In this document: positions 1 through 9,335 of the stretch, in pieces | Position numbering within the stretch: position 1 is the first letter of the stretch | How the letters are laid out: every line of letters begins with the position of its first letter | Source: an uncultured Actinomycetota bacterium | GTDB lineage: Bacteria > Actinomycetota > Actinomycetes > Streptosporangiales > Streptosporangiaceae | NCBI GenBank assembly: GCA_963811335.1 | Contig: CAWERB010000021.1 | Location: 19,997-83,996 of the forward strand | DNA: 64,000 nucleotides | Direction of reading: 5' to 3' | Notes under the pieces: generated by a model | Database searches by the model: none | Told to the model about the DNA's origin: nothing | Seen by the model: the letters and a program-made list of their open reading frames with translations, nothing else | Position numbers and translations under genes: made by a program

Positions 1-349
1 TGCCTGGTTCAGCAGGGTAATGGCCCGCAGCCGGGCAACCGGATCACATAGCGTGACTGCCGACGTGGCCTGGGGGCGCGCGTACCCGCCTGATTGATCT
101 GGGCGTTTGCCCGGTCGCCGTGGGTGGCAGCCGACGGCCGCGCGGAACCGGGTGTTCTGGGGCGCGCTGGGTGATTTAGGCGCGGCTGGGTGGCGAGCTG
201 GTATGGCCGACCGTGGCGTGCGCGGTAAAGCCGCAGGTGTTATCGGCTGATTCAGCTGGGCACGGATCGATGATCAACGGCAACGCTCTTTGGTGACTGG
301 CTGCCCGGACCGGGCTGTTCCGGACTCTGTCTCGGCTCATGCGAGTGCA

Positions 350-1192
350 TCATGACGACTGTTTAATCGCGGACAGCCAGTTGGCCAGCAGCGCGGTGAG
401 CATCGCCGGCGCTTCGAGATGCGGGAGGTGGCCGGTGTTGACGAGCTGGAACTGCTTGGGGTGGTTAGCGGCCGCGAAGACCAGCTGAGACTGCTGCGGT
501 GGCTGAAGGTGATCGTTTTGTCCCTGAATGACCAGCAGCGGCTTACGCAACTGGCGGGCTGCGCGCGGGCCGTCCCAGGTTTCCAGCAGTTCACGGAGGG
601 TGCCCGCGGACAGCCGCCGGGCATCGGCGATCAGCGGGTCGCGCTGCATCGCGGCGACCCAGGACGGGTCGTCGATCAGCTGCTGGTAGGCGATGAAGTG
701 ATTGACGCTGAGGCGCAGCGGGACGACTGGCCCGGTCAGCTTCATCAGGGTGAACAGCGCCCGCCGGGGCCTGGTGAGCATGAAGTCCCCGGCGTGAGCC
801 GGGGGGTTGGCGGCGATGACCGCTGACAGCCGGTCATCCCGGGCGCCGGCCAGCATCGCGACCATCGCGCCCAGGCTGTTGCCGAATAGGACGATGGTGC
901 CGCGGTAGCGCTGCCGCGCGAAGCCGACCGCACTCTGGCAGTCGGCGGTGAGCTCGCCGAGTGTCCAGCGTCCCCGCGGCCCGGGGCTGCGCCCGTTCCC
1001 GCGGTAATCGAAGCTCAGCGCGTTGAAGCCGGCAGCAGCGAGCTGGATGGCGAACGGCTCGTACTCGAAGGTGTGAAAGCCCAGGCCGCTGAGCAGCACG
1101 ATGACCGGCGCCTGGTCCGCGTGGTGCCGCAGCCGGGCGTACAGGTCCAGCTCTCCGGAGCGGAAGGTTGTTGTTTCGACCTCACCGGGCAT
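350..1192 (-). CDS. alpha/beta hydrolase (lysophospholipase/Hydrolase_4-like)
   Basis: GNSLG nucleophile elbow, FDYRGNGRS, C-terminal GHLPH; ATG at 1192 overlaps the end of the upstream gene. Confidence 0.85.
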   Translation of the reverse strand: MPGEVETTTFRSGELDLYARLRHHADQAPVIVLLSGLGFHTFEYEPFAIQLAAAGFNALSFDYRGNGRSPGPRGRWTLGELTADCQSAVGFARQRYRGTIVLFGNSLGAMVAMLAGARDDRLSAVIAANPPAHAGDFMLTRPRRALFTLMKLTGPVVPLRLSVNHFIAYQQLIDDPSWVAAMQRDPLIADARRLSAGTLRELLETWDGPRAARQLRKPLLVIQGQNDHLQPPQQSQLVFAAANHPKQFQLVNTGHLPHLEAPAMLTALLANWLSAIKQSS

Positions 1193-1913
1193 GGCCGCGC
1201 TCCCGGAAACCCGCCACGAGCCGAACCGCCTCCGGCGGGTCGGCCAGGCGGAACTCAACCGCGGGAACGGGGCCGCCTTGCAGTTCTGCGGCTAGGTCGT
1301 GCTCGGCGAACGGGATCTCCAGCCGCCGGCGGGCCAGGCGGCGGCGCAGCGCCCGGATGAAATACCCCTCACCCTCGATGCTGGCTGAGGCCAGCAGCGC
1401 GGAGTTGAACTGGCCGGCATCGGCCGAGGCGGCCGGGCAGCCGGCGATCACCTCCAGCGAGCGGGCCACATCCAGGGTGCGGAACACCCCGCACGACGGG
1501 GACGCGCCCACGCCTACCACCCCGGCCACCTCGAAGCCCGACCGGGCGTAATCGGCGGCTTCCCGCACCACCCGCCGGGCCAGCCGCGCGTACACCCACC
1601 GCGTGCGCCACAGGAACACCCAGGTCAGCGGGCGCCGCAGCCGGTACCAGGGGGTTCCTTGCGAGCCGTAGGCCGGGACCAGGTACCGCTTGGCGACCCC
1701 GCCCCAGGCCCGCTGCTCCGGGCACGGCATCTGGCACATCCCCACCCCGGCGGCCTGAAACCCGTCCACCACCTCATCCACGCTGCCCCGCCGCCCGGCC
1801 CCGCCCAGGTAGCGGACATTCACGTTCAACAGGCAGTGCGAGACGAACACCACGCGCCGGCCCCGCTGGTCGGTCAGGATCCGCTGCATCTGTTCCAGTT
1901 TCCTGCTGCGCAC
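1182..1913 (-). CDS. TudS/DUF523-related (CD3072-like) putative Fe-S desulfidase
   Basis: Cys motifs SHCLLNxN, QMPCPE and SPSCGV typical of the thiouracil desulfurase family. Confidence 0.75.
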   Translation of the reverse strand: MRSRKLEQMQRILTDQRGRRVVFVSHCLLNVNVRYLGGAGRRGSVDEVVDGFQAAGVGMCQMPCPEQRAWGGVAKRYLVPAYGSQGTPWYRLRRPLTWVFLWRTRWVYARLARRVVREAADYARSGFEVAGVVGVGASPSCGVFRTLDVARSLEVIAGCPAASADAGQFNSALLASASIEGEGYFIRALRRRLARRRLEIPFAEHDLAAELQGGPVPAVEFRLADPPEAVRLVAGFRERGHAR

Positions 1914-1980
1914 GTTACTTCCCCTTCGCGCCTATCCGGTGTCATCACTCACCCTCCCCCAGGCCGCTGCCGTCCCGGCA

Positions 1981-1994
1981 GGGGCGAAAGTCCC
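1981..1994. promoter_or_regulatory. candidate DosR/DevR-like box
   Basis: GGGGC-GAAA-GTCCC versus consensus GGGAC-N4-GTCCC, upstream of the TudS-like gene. Confidence 0.4.
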
Positions 1995-2088
1995 CGGCCG
2001 GCTCAACCAAAGACCGCATGCGCCGGGGCCGCGTAGGCGGCGAAAGCAACACCCAGTCCTCATCGAGCGTTGCCGAACCGTTCTGTTT

Positions 2089-2525
2089 AGCGTCCACGGA
2101 AGTGGTGTATGGGGTACCTGATCCCGGTGTGATGGCTTTGCCCTCGTTCGGCGTGTTGCCGTGACGTGAGCCGGCCACCTCGCGATCCTTCGAAGTGGAT
2201 TAGGAGACGAAGGAGACGCGAGGTGGCCGTGAAAGACATTGTGCCCGTTCCGGGTGACTCGTTCGAGCGGACTCTGACCGCGGCGAGCCCTGACCTGCTG
2301 CGGGAGATGATCCGGGCGTTCGCCCAGAAGATGATGGACGCCGAGGTCGAGGTGGCGTGCGGCGCGGGCTACGGCGAGGTCAGCCCGAGCCGGGTCAACT
2401 CGCGCAACGGCTACCGGCCGCGGGAGTGGGACACCCGGGCCGGCACCGTCGAGCTGGCGGTCCCGAAGCTGCGGCACGGGTCGTACTTTCCCTCGTTCCT
2501 GGAGCACCGCCGCCGCGCGGAGCGC
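2089..2525 (+). mobile_element. IS256-family element, left end and truncated transposase
   Basis: Terminal sequence AGCGTCCACGGAAGTGGTGTA; protein ASPDLLREM...RNGYRPREWDTRAGTVELAVPKLRHGSYFP breaks off after ~100 aa, no DDE core. Confidence 0.85.
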
Positions 2526-2810
2526 GGCCGCCGCGCGCCCGGCGCGCTCCCGGGACACAGCGGTGCCCGAGCGGGGGATGACAGGAGACAGGGGCTGCGC
2601 GGTCACGGCCGCCTCCCCGGGGGAAGGGCCGAGCCGGCTACGAGGCAGCCGACGGGGGAAGCGATGCGGTGCGGTGCGCGGGGATTCCCGGCCGGCCCTG
2701 CGACTGAAGCTCCGCTCTGACCCGCGGGCCGGTGAGATCTCCCCAGACGGTGAGAACGCACCGCCGCGTGTTCAAGCGGTACCAGAATCGGTGAAAATTC
2801 ACCAGGATGC

Positions 2811-2842
2811 GTGGGCGAGGAGGGATTTGAACCCTCACACCC
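2811..2842 (-). pseudogene. 3' remnant of a tRNA (Leu-like), probable att site
   Basis: Minus strand GGGTGTGAGGGTTCAAATCCCTCCTCGCCCAC gives a T-arm (GAGGG-TTCAAAT-CCCTC) and 3' acceptor strand; no 5' half. Confidence 0.7.
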
Positions 2843-2869
2843 TGGCGGCGCGCCTTCCTCGATCCACAC

Positions 2870-4247
2870 TCACTGATCTGAACGATGCGCGATGGCGTAC
2901 GCGGCCGCGCGCGCGGCGAAGGCGTGACGGTCCTGACCTGGTGCGGGCCCGTTAGGTCCTGGAGCATGAGGACGGTCGCCGACGCCCAGTGAGATGATGC
3001 CCGCCGCAACCCCCCCGGGCTTGCCGTACTGGGCCCCCGTGATGACGAAGACGAGGTCGTCCTGCGTGCACCCTGGGCCGTCCATCGGAATGGTGAACCG
3101 GCTGTACCCGGCCGGCATCGGCGACGAGAGCCGTGTCCACTTTCCCGGGTTGCCGAGGTCGCGGTTGATGAAGAAGTCCTGATCGTCGTTGGCCGTGACA
3201 ACGATCGTTCCGTTCCTGCCCCCGGAGTCCGACCACGACACGACGGGAGAGGCATTCGGGGCGTAGCCGTTCTGGTCGAGTAGCGGGATGTCCTTCGAGA
3301 AGCGGAACGACTCCGGGTCCGCCGCGATCCTGTAGTGCACGTGGTACGTGTAGTTGGCCTGGTCGGGGTTGGCGGGGTCGACGGGCGCCCCGAACTCGTA
3401 GGTCATGATCCACCGGTGCTCACTCAGTTGCGCCACGGTGGTCATGCCCGGCCGCTCGGGGTAGGTCGTGCCGGTCGCGTCATTGACGACCGGGCCCCAC
3501 GTGCGCAGGTCCGTGCTTGTCTGGTGGGCGAGCTTCTGACCGAAGTTCGGGTCGCGCTGGTCGGAGTAGTAGCAGATCAGCTTGTTCTCGTGCAGCAGCA
3601 GGAACGGCTCCCACACCGGCGTGGCACCGTTGGTCGTGTCGGGCGGTCCGCCCTGGGCCACCGTGCTCAGGAGCTCCCAGGTGCAGGCCGGCATCCGTGC
3701 TGGCGTACAACTGGATGTTCGTGCTCGCGAACGGGAACGGCTTCGTGAAGTCGAACGGCCAGTAGTTGCACGAGAAGAGCAGTGCGCCCTTCGGCAGGCC
3801 GCCGAAGGCACGCGGGAGTTCGTACAGATACGGCTGCAGATAGATCCCGGCGGGCGCGTTCGCGCCGAGGACGCTGCCCTGCTGCACCCAGGTCCGGCCG
3901 TCGTCGTCGCTGCGGTAGAGGGGGAAGGGCGAACTGGCAAAGCTCTGGTAGGTCGCGAGCAGAGGGCGAGGCTGTCCCGGCTTCGCGGTGCTGAGGCGCA
4001 CCGCGCGTGCGTACGTCAGCCCAGTTCCGTTGTCCGCCACGACCTCCACCGGGCCGAACGGAACCGCCGTGCACGGCTCCCCGGGTTTACCCGGGGCTGC
4101 GAAGGCCGGCCTGGCCAGGCCCGCGGACGAGAAGCCCACGACCGACAGTCCCGCGGCAGCGGCACCGACGCTGATGAAGGAACGACGCGACAGCTCGGAC
4201 GGGCGGGGGCCCGAGTCGCCGCTGTGCGATTCCCGGCGGTTGTACAC
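2870..4247 (-). CDS. Tat-secreted GH93-like exo-alpha-L-1,5-arabinanase (frameshift near 3685)
   Basis: SRRSFI Tat motif, Asp-box SDDDGRTW, LQPYLYELP, PVWEPFL, YYSDQRD, RPGM; GTG at 4247 after GGGGAGG; split over two ORFs. Confidence 0.75.
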
Positions 4248-4337
4248 GATTACCTCCCCAGTGAAGCAGGCAACCCGTTGGGCGGACGTCAGCGTCCGCG
4301 AGCCGCACAGGGGGGAACGGCGCGACAATATCAAACA

Positions 4338-4434
4338 GTATCAACAGGTTTCCTGTCGATACAAGCACCCCGGCGGCTCGGTTCTGCTCTGGATGAGTGC
4401 ATGACACCCGTTTTTAGACGCTTGACACCCGTTT
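4338..4434. promoter_or_regulatory. operator-like palindrome and direct repeat in a divergent promoter region
   Basis: GTATCaACAGG-ttt-CCTGTcGATAC (4338-4362); TGACACCCGTTT at 4402 and 4423, 21 bp apart. Confidence 0.5.
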
Positions 4435-4635
4435 CCGACACAGAATCGTCTTAATGCGCAGGTATGGAACGCGTGATACCCCGATAATCTGTCTTGTGCT
4501 GAGCGCTAATTGCAGTGCCGATCATGAGGCCTTCGGCTCCCAGCTGCGGGGGGGCCATCTGGGCCGCGTTGCCGCCGCAGCCGTCGCCACGACAGGGACG
4601 GGCGGGGTGGCGGACGTTCGGGCGCTGGAGGAGCG

Positions 4636-6270
4636 GTGAGCGAGAATTTCCTGGTGCAGGGCGGCGGTCTGCGGGCCGGGGCGCTGGTGGCCGGGTACCG
4701 GATCGAGTCGCGGCTCGGGGCGGGCGGGATGGCGGTGGTGTACCGCGCCCGCGACGAGCGGCTGGGGCGGTGGATAGCGCTGAAGGTGATTACGCCTGAA
4801 TGGGCCTATGACGAGGAGTTCCGGCGCCGGTTTGTCGCGGAATCCCTCGCTGCGGCACGGGTTGACGACCCGCACGTTATCCCGGTTTATGAGGCGGCCC
4901 AGGCGGGCGGGCTGCTGTATATCGCGATGCGTCTGGTGAACGGCGCTGACTTGTGGGGAGTGCTCCGGCGCGAGGGCGCGCTGTCACCGGGCCGCGCGCT
5001 TGAGTTGCTGTCTCCGGTGGCGTCGGCGCTGGACGCCGCGCACGCCGCCGGGCTGGTGCACCGGGACGTGAAGCCGGGCAACATCCTCGTCGATGAGCGG
5101 CCGGGGCGGCCTGATCACGTGTACCTGGCGGATTTCGGTCTGAGCAAGGGCGCTGTGGCCGGGATCAGCCTGACCGGGAACGGGAACCCCGTGGGCACGC
5201 CGGGTTACTCGGCGCCCGAGCAGGTCCAGGGGCATGACGTGGACGGGCGCGCTGACCAGTACGCGCTGGCGTGCGTGGCCTTCGAATTGCTGACCGAGCG
5301 GGCGCCGTTCGAGCGGGACCAGCCGCTGGCCGTGCTGCTTGCGCACCTGTCCGCGCAGCCGCCGTCGCTGTCCGAGCGGCGGCCGGGCATGCCGGTGGCG
5401 GCGGACCGGGTGATCGCCCGGGCGCTGGCTAAGCAGCCGGAGCAGCGGTACGCGTCCTGCCGGGACTTCACGGAAGCGCTACGGCAGGCGTTCGGCCTGC
5501 CGCCGTACCACTCCGGCGGCATCGCCCGCAAGCCGGCCAGCCCGGCCGCGGTACCGGTCACGGTAGCGGACCGGTACCGGGGCCGGCCCCCGGGGCCCGC
5601 GGCCGCGGGCCAGGGTGCCTGGCCCGGGCCCGGCCCGGGCGATGGCGAGCCGGCCCGGCACTCGCGGCGCCGCATCCTGCTGATCGCGCTGGCGGGCGCG
5701 GTCCTCTCAGCCGCCGTGGCCATCCCTTTGCTGCTCGCCTCCCGTCCGGGCAGCTCGGCCGCCAAGATCCCGGCCAGAACGCAAGCCACGACACCGGCCA
5801 GGCCGTTTGCTACCCTCTATCCCCCCGCCGGCAGCCACGCCGTAGAATCCGCGGCGTTCAAGCCGGGCACCGTCACCCTGGCGGCCGGCATGTTCAGCGG
5901 CGACGTCGACCTTTGGGACACCACGACCAGGAAGCTCACCAGTATCCTCCACGACCCCCTCAGCGCGGGCTTCGTGGCGTTCGGGCCGGGGGGCGCGACC
6001 ATGGCCGTCGGCTACGACAGCGGCGACGTCTACCTGTGGGAGACGGTGAGCAAGCAGACCGACGCCGCCGTCACCCCTCCCGCCGACGGCCGGGCGGCAG
6101 CCCTGGTGGCGTTCGAGCCGGGCACCACCATCATGGCCGTCGGCTATAGCAACGGCGACGTCCACCTCTGGGACACCGCGGCGGATAAGACCGTCGGCAT
6201 CCTCCATGAGCACGGTGACGGACCCGGGACCGGGGGCGTGAGCGCGCTGGCGTTCGGCTTGGTGAGGTAG
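4636..6270 (+). CDS. Ser/Thr protein kinase with TM helix and truncated WD40 repeats
   Basis: GAGGMAVV, HRDVKPGN, DFG, GTPGYSAPE; TM ILLIALAGAVLSAAVAIPLLL; about three WD repeats (LWD/LWE), ends at VSALAFG. Confidence 0.9.
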   Translation: MSENFLVQGGGLRAGALVAGYRIESRLGAGGMAVVYRARDERLGRWIALKVITPEWAYDEEFRRRFVAESLAAARVDDPHVIPVYEAAQAGGLLYIAMRLVNGADLWGVLRREGALSPGRALELLSPVASALDAAHAAGLVHRDVKPGNILVDERPGRPDHVYLADFGLSKGAVAGISLTGNGNPVGTPGYSAPEQVQGHDVDGRADQYALACVAFELLTERAPFERDQPLAVLLAHLSAQPPSLSERRPGMPVAADRVIARALAKQPEQRYASCRDFTEALRQAFGLPPYHSGGIARKPASPAAVPVTVADRYRGRPPGPAAAGQGAWPGPGPGDGEPARHSRRRILLIALAGAVLSAAVAIPLLLASRPGSSAAKIPARTQATTPARPFATLYPPAGSHAVESAAFKPGTVTLAAGMFSGDVDLWDTTTRKLTSILHDPLSAGFVAFGPGGATMAVGYDSGDVYLWETVSKQTDAAVTPPADGRAAALVAFEPGTTIMAVGYSNGDVHLWDTAADKTVGILHEHGDGPGTGGVSALAFGLVR

Positions 6271-6560
6271 TCGTCCGCGCCAAGCCCGAACCCGGAGGCC
6301 TTGTCGTCGAGCCGGTCGGCGGCGGTGAGCATCAAGATCGGCATGCCGCTGCCGGAAGCGACGATGCTCATCGCGATCTGGTCACCGGAAGGGCCGGGGA
6401 CGTCGCGGTCGAGGACGGCGATGTCGTAGGCGTTGACGCTCAGCAGTTCCAGCGCCCTGTCGCCGTCGCCCGCGATGTCGGCCGCAATCGCTTCCAGGCG
6501 CAGCCCGTCGCGGACGGCCTCCGCGAGGTAAAGCTCGTCCTCGACGACTAGCACGCGCAT
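6255..6560 (-). pseudogene. vanR: VanR-like OmpR-family response regulator, receiver domain only
   Basis: MRVLVVEDELYLAEAVRDGLRLEAIAADIAGDG...DDYLTKP closely resembles actinobacterial VanR; similarity stops at TKP, no winged helix. Confidence 0.75.
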
Positions 6561-6635
6561 GCCTATTACCCTACGAGCACCCGCATATCGCCCGCGTATG
6601 GAAAACCGCTCAGGTCCTCCCCAGGAAATTCTTCT

Positions 6636-6678
6636 GACCGGCCGCAGCGCAGCCCGCGCGGGCTGCGCTGCGGCGGTC
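6636..6678 (-). terminator. GC-rich hairpin downstream of the GH62 gene
   Basis: GCCGCAGCGCAGCCC-gcgc-GGGCTGCGCTGCGGC, perfect 15-bp stem. Confidence 0.7.
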
Positions 6679-6683
6679 GCGGG

Positions 6684-8153
6684 TCAGCAGGTGGAGTTGG
6701 CCTGGGTGACCAGGCCGATGCGCCAGGGAATGGCGTTGTAGTTGGGGTAGGAGCCCGGTGCGTCGCCTTGGAAGAGGTACTGAATGTTGCAGGGGCTGAT
6801 GGTGAGGGTCTGGTCGTAGCCGCTGCGGATCATCTCGCCGCTGCTGAAGTCCTGGGTCCACGCGGCGCCGCTGCTGAAGGTGACGTTGCTGGCGGCGATG
6901 AACGGGTTGCCCTGGGTGTTAGCCAGCGGCGTCCAGGAGCCGTTGATGGCGTTCGAGGTGTAGGAGGTGAAGTACCGGTGGCCGGCGGAGTTGATTGCCT
7001 CGACGATCAGCAGGTACTCGTTTTGCCCCGCGACCTTGTATACGTTGTCGGCCTCGAAGAAGTTGGACGGGGTGGAGTTAGAGGCGGCGATGACCGGCTG
7101 GCTCATGCCATTCGGGAAGCTGCTCAGGGATGTCTGCGACCGGTACAGGTGCCCGTTGTCGTCCATGGAGAACAGGTAGCAGTTGGCGCTGTCGCAGATG
7201 ACCCAGGAGTCGACCCAGAAGCCCGAGCCGATGTTCTGCGAGATGATGGACGGCATGCCGGAGTAGAAGGTCTGGGTGGCGCTCCACCCCGACGGGTTGG
7301 CGACGTTGGGGTTGGTGGAGTAGCCGATATTGCTGCCCATCTGGTAGATCACGTACCACAGCTTCTGCGGGGCGACGTAAAACAGTTGCGGTGCCGTCTT
7401 GTAGCCGCCGCCGATCGCCGTCTGATCCGCGTACACCGGCACCGCGTTAGCCGCCTGCGACCAGTTGGAGAAGCTGAGGAACTCCATGCCGTAGGCGCCC
7501 GAGGAGTTCACCGTCGAGGCGGCCACGTACCACTCGCCGTTGTAGTTCACCACCGAAGGGTCCTTGACCGCGATGATGTTGTGGGAATCGGAGTGCGGGC
7601 TGATCAGCACCCCGCTGGAAGTCCATCTGAAGCTGCTCGGCAGCGAGCCCGTCGGCGTCGGCGTTGGCGTCGGGGTTGGGGTAGGGGTAGGCGTCGATGT
7701 CGAGGTGGGGGTGGGACTGGGCGTCGTGCCGCCAGTGCAGGTGACGCCGTTCAGGGCGAAGCTTGCCGGGGCGGGGTTGGCGGCGTTGTTCCACGAGCCG
7801 TTGAAGCCGATCGTCGTAGAGCCCCCGGTGCCGAGAGCGCCGTTGTAGCTCTCGCTGACGGCGGTGACCTGCGTGCCGGACTGCGAGTACGTGGCGTTCC
7901 ATCCCTGCGTCACCGTCTGTCCCGCGGTGAAGTTCCAGGTCAGCGTCCACGAGTTGACCGGGCTGCCGAGGTTGGCGATGGCGACGCTGGCGGTGAACCC
8001 GCCAGTCCACTGCGAGGAGACGGTGTAGCCGACCGAGCAGCCAGCCGACGCCGCACTGGACGAGACTGCGTCGGCCGTCCAGGCGGCACACGCCACCGCC
8101 GCCACCGTGGCGCATACCGCCAACCGCCCGGTACGGGATCGGGACAGGTTCAT
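6684..8153 (-). CDS. abfB: secreted alpha-L-arabinofuranosidase: CBM2, PT linker, GH62
   Basis: Signal peptide; CBM2 CSVGYTVSSQW...LNGVTC; (PT)n linker; GH62 KDPSVV, FFEADNVYKV, QYLFQG. Confidence 0.9.
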   Translation of the reverse strand: MNLSRSRTGRLAVCATVAAVACAAWTADAVSSSAASAGCSVGYTVSSQWTGGFTASVAIANLGSPVNSWTLTWNFTAGQTVTQGWNATYSQSGTQVTAVSESYNGALGTGGSTTIGFNGSWNNAANPAPASFALNGVTCTGGTTPSPTPTSTSTPTPTPTPTPTPTPTGSLPSSFRWTSSGVLISPHSDSHNIIAVKDPSVVNYNGEWYVAASTVNSSGAYGMEFLSFSNWSQAANAVPVYADQTAIGGGYKTAPQLFYVAPQKLWYVIYQMGSNIGYSTNPNVANPSGWSATQTFYSGMPSIISQNIGSGFWVDSWVICDSANCYLFSMDDNGHLYRSQTSLSSFPNGMSQPVIAASNSTPSNFFEADNVYKVAGQNEYLLIVEAINSAGHRYFTSYTSNAINGSWTPLANTQGNPFIAASNVTFSSGAAWTQDFSSGEMIRSGYDQTLTISPCNIQYLFQGDAPGSYPNYNAIPWRIGLVTQANSTC

Positions 8154-8210
8154 GACTGTTCCCTTCCACGGGATCACCTGAACGCCTACCGGCACGGTGC
8201 CTCCCGCAAT

Positions 8211-8374
8211 TGTTTGCGCTAACACACTGCCTTAAGCCCAGATGCTCGCACGGTGACCCTAGGATCGGCGCCCTGAAGCCTCGGTTTTGAGAATTCCCGC
8301 AGTTCAGATGGCTACCGATAATGAAAATTTCAGCTGATCTAAGCGGCTGAGGCGAGGAGTTGTGAGCGTTCACG
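8211..8374. promoter_or_regulatory. LacI-family operator-like palindromes
   Basis: TGTTTGCGCTAACA (8211-8224), TGAAAATTTCA (8322-8332), TGTGAGCGTTCACG (8361-8374). Confidence 0.55.
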
Positions 8375-8492
8375 CCAATGGTACGAGCGCCGCCGGGACG
8401 GCCTCCATCAGGAGTTAACCGCTACTCAACGTTGCCCTGGTCAGATTGCATCGACAAATGGATTGCCTGTCACCACGATCTAAGGAGAACTC

Positions 8493-9110
8493 ATGAAGAT
8501 TCACCACATCGCAGCGGTAGCGACCGGTCTTGCCGCGGGCGGGTTGGCTGTCGTCGGCTGCTCCCCGAGTTCCAGCACCGCCGCCAGTTCCACGGTCACG
8601 ACCTCTCCGGCTAGTTCAGCCGCCGCTCACGGCTCTGCCACGCGGGCAGCCCAGTCCGCCAGTCCGGCTTCGTCTCAGCAGGCGCATGCCGCCGGCGGTA
8701 CCTGCCAGGCAGCACAGCTGAGCTACGCCTTGGGTGCCCTGACCGGGACCTCCCAGCGGACCCAGGTGGTCGACCTGACCAACAAGGGATCCTCCGCGTG
8801 CACGCTTCAGGGTTTTCCCGGCGTTGACCTGCACGGCGCCGCCAACGGCCAGCAGAGCTTCACCTGGTCGCTGGTACGCCAGTCCGCCCCCTACTCCGCC
8901 GTGACGCTGGAGCCGGGCCAGACCGGCCACTTCAGCCTGATCTACCTGCCCGGCACCTCAGCCAGCACTGACATGACCGTGGTCAAGCTGGTCATTACCC
9001 CGCCCAACGCCTACACCCAGGGCCAGCTCACCTGGAACCAGTCCGTGGTGCTGCAGGACGGCGCGACCCACCCGGGCACTTACATCACCCCCGTAGTGGC
9101 CGGCTCCTGA
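8493..9110 (+). CDS. DUF4232-domain lipoprotein
   Basis: Lipobox-like LAVVGC, Ser/Ala linker, TCQAAQL...LTNKGSSACTLQGFPGV...LEPG; AGGAG RBS. Confidence 0.8.
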   Translation: MKIHHIAAVATGLAAGGLAVVGCSPSSSTAASSTVTTSPASSAAAHGSATRAAQSASPASSQQAHAAGGTCQAAQLSYALGALTGTSQRTQVVDLTNKGSSACTLQGFPGVDLHGAANGQQSFTWSLVRQSAPYSAVTLEPGQTGHFSLIYLPGTSASTDMTVVKLVITPPNAYTQGQLTWNQSVVLQDGATHPGTYITPVVAGS

Positions 9111-9335
9111 GCTCACCTAGGCGGCTGGATCTACCTGGGCTGGTATGCCTTACCTGCCGTGACGTGTAACTTTCAGCAGGATCGATCAGGAAACGCCAGT
9201 TCAGCGTAGTTCGCCCGGGCCGTCGTTGACCCGTCGTTGACCCGGCTCCGCGCCCGGATAGACGATCGCGGACGCATGGCGGGCTTACCCGCCCGTCCCC
9301 GCTCATACCAGTCGGTCACCCCTTCAGGAGCTGTC

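Noticed and set aside
1-340. Possible IS end near GTTCCGGACTCTGTCT
   Set aside because: No transposase or partner inverted repeat visible in the window
7650-7725. Repetitive DNA in the GH62 gene
   Set aside because: Encodes an ordinary Pro/Thr linker between CBM2 and the catalytic domain
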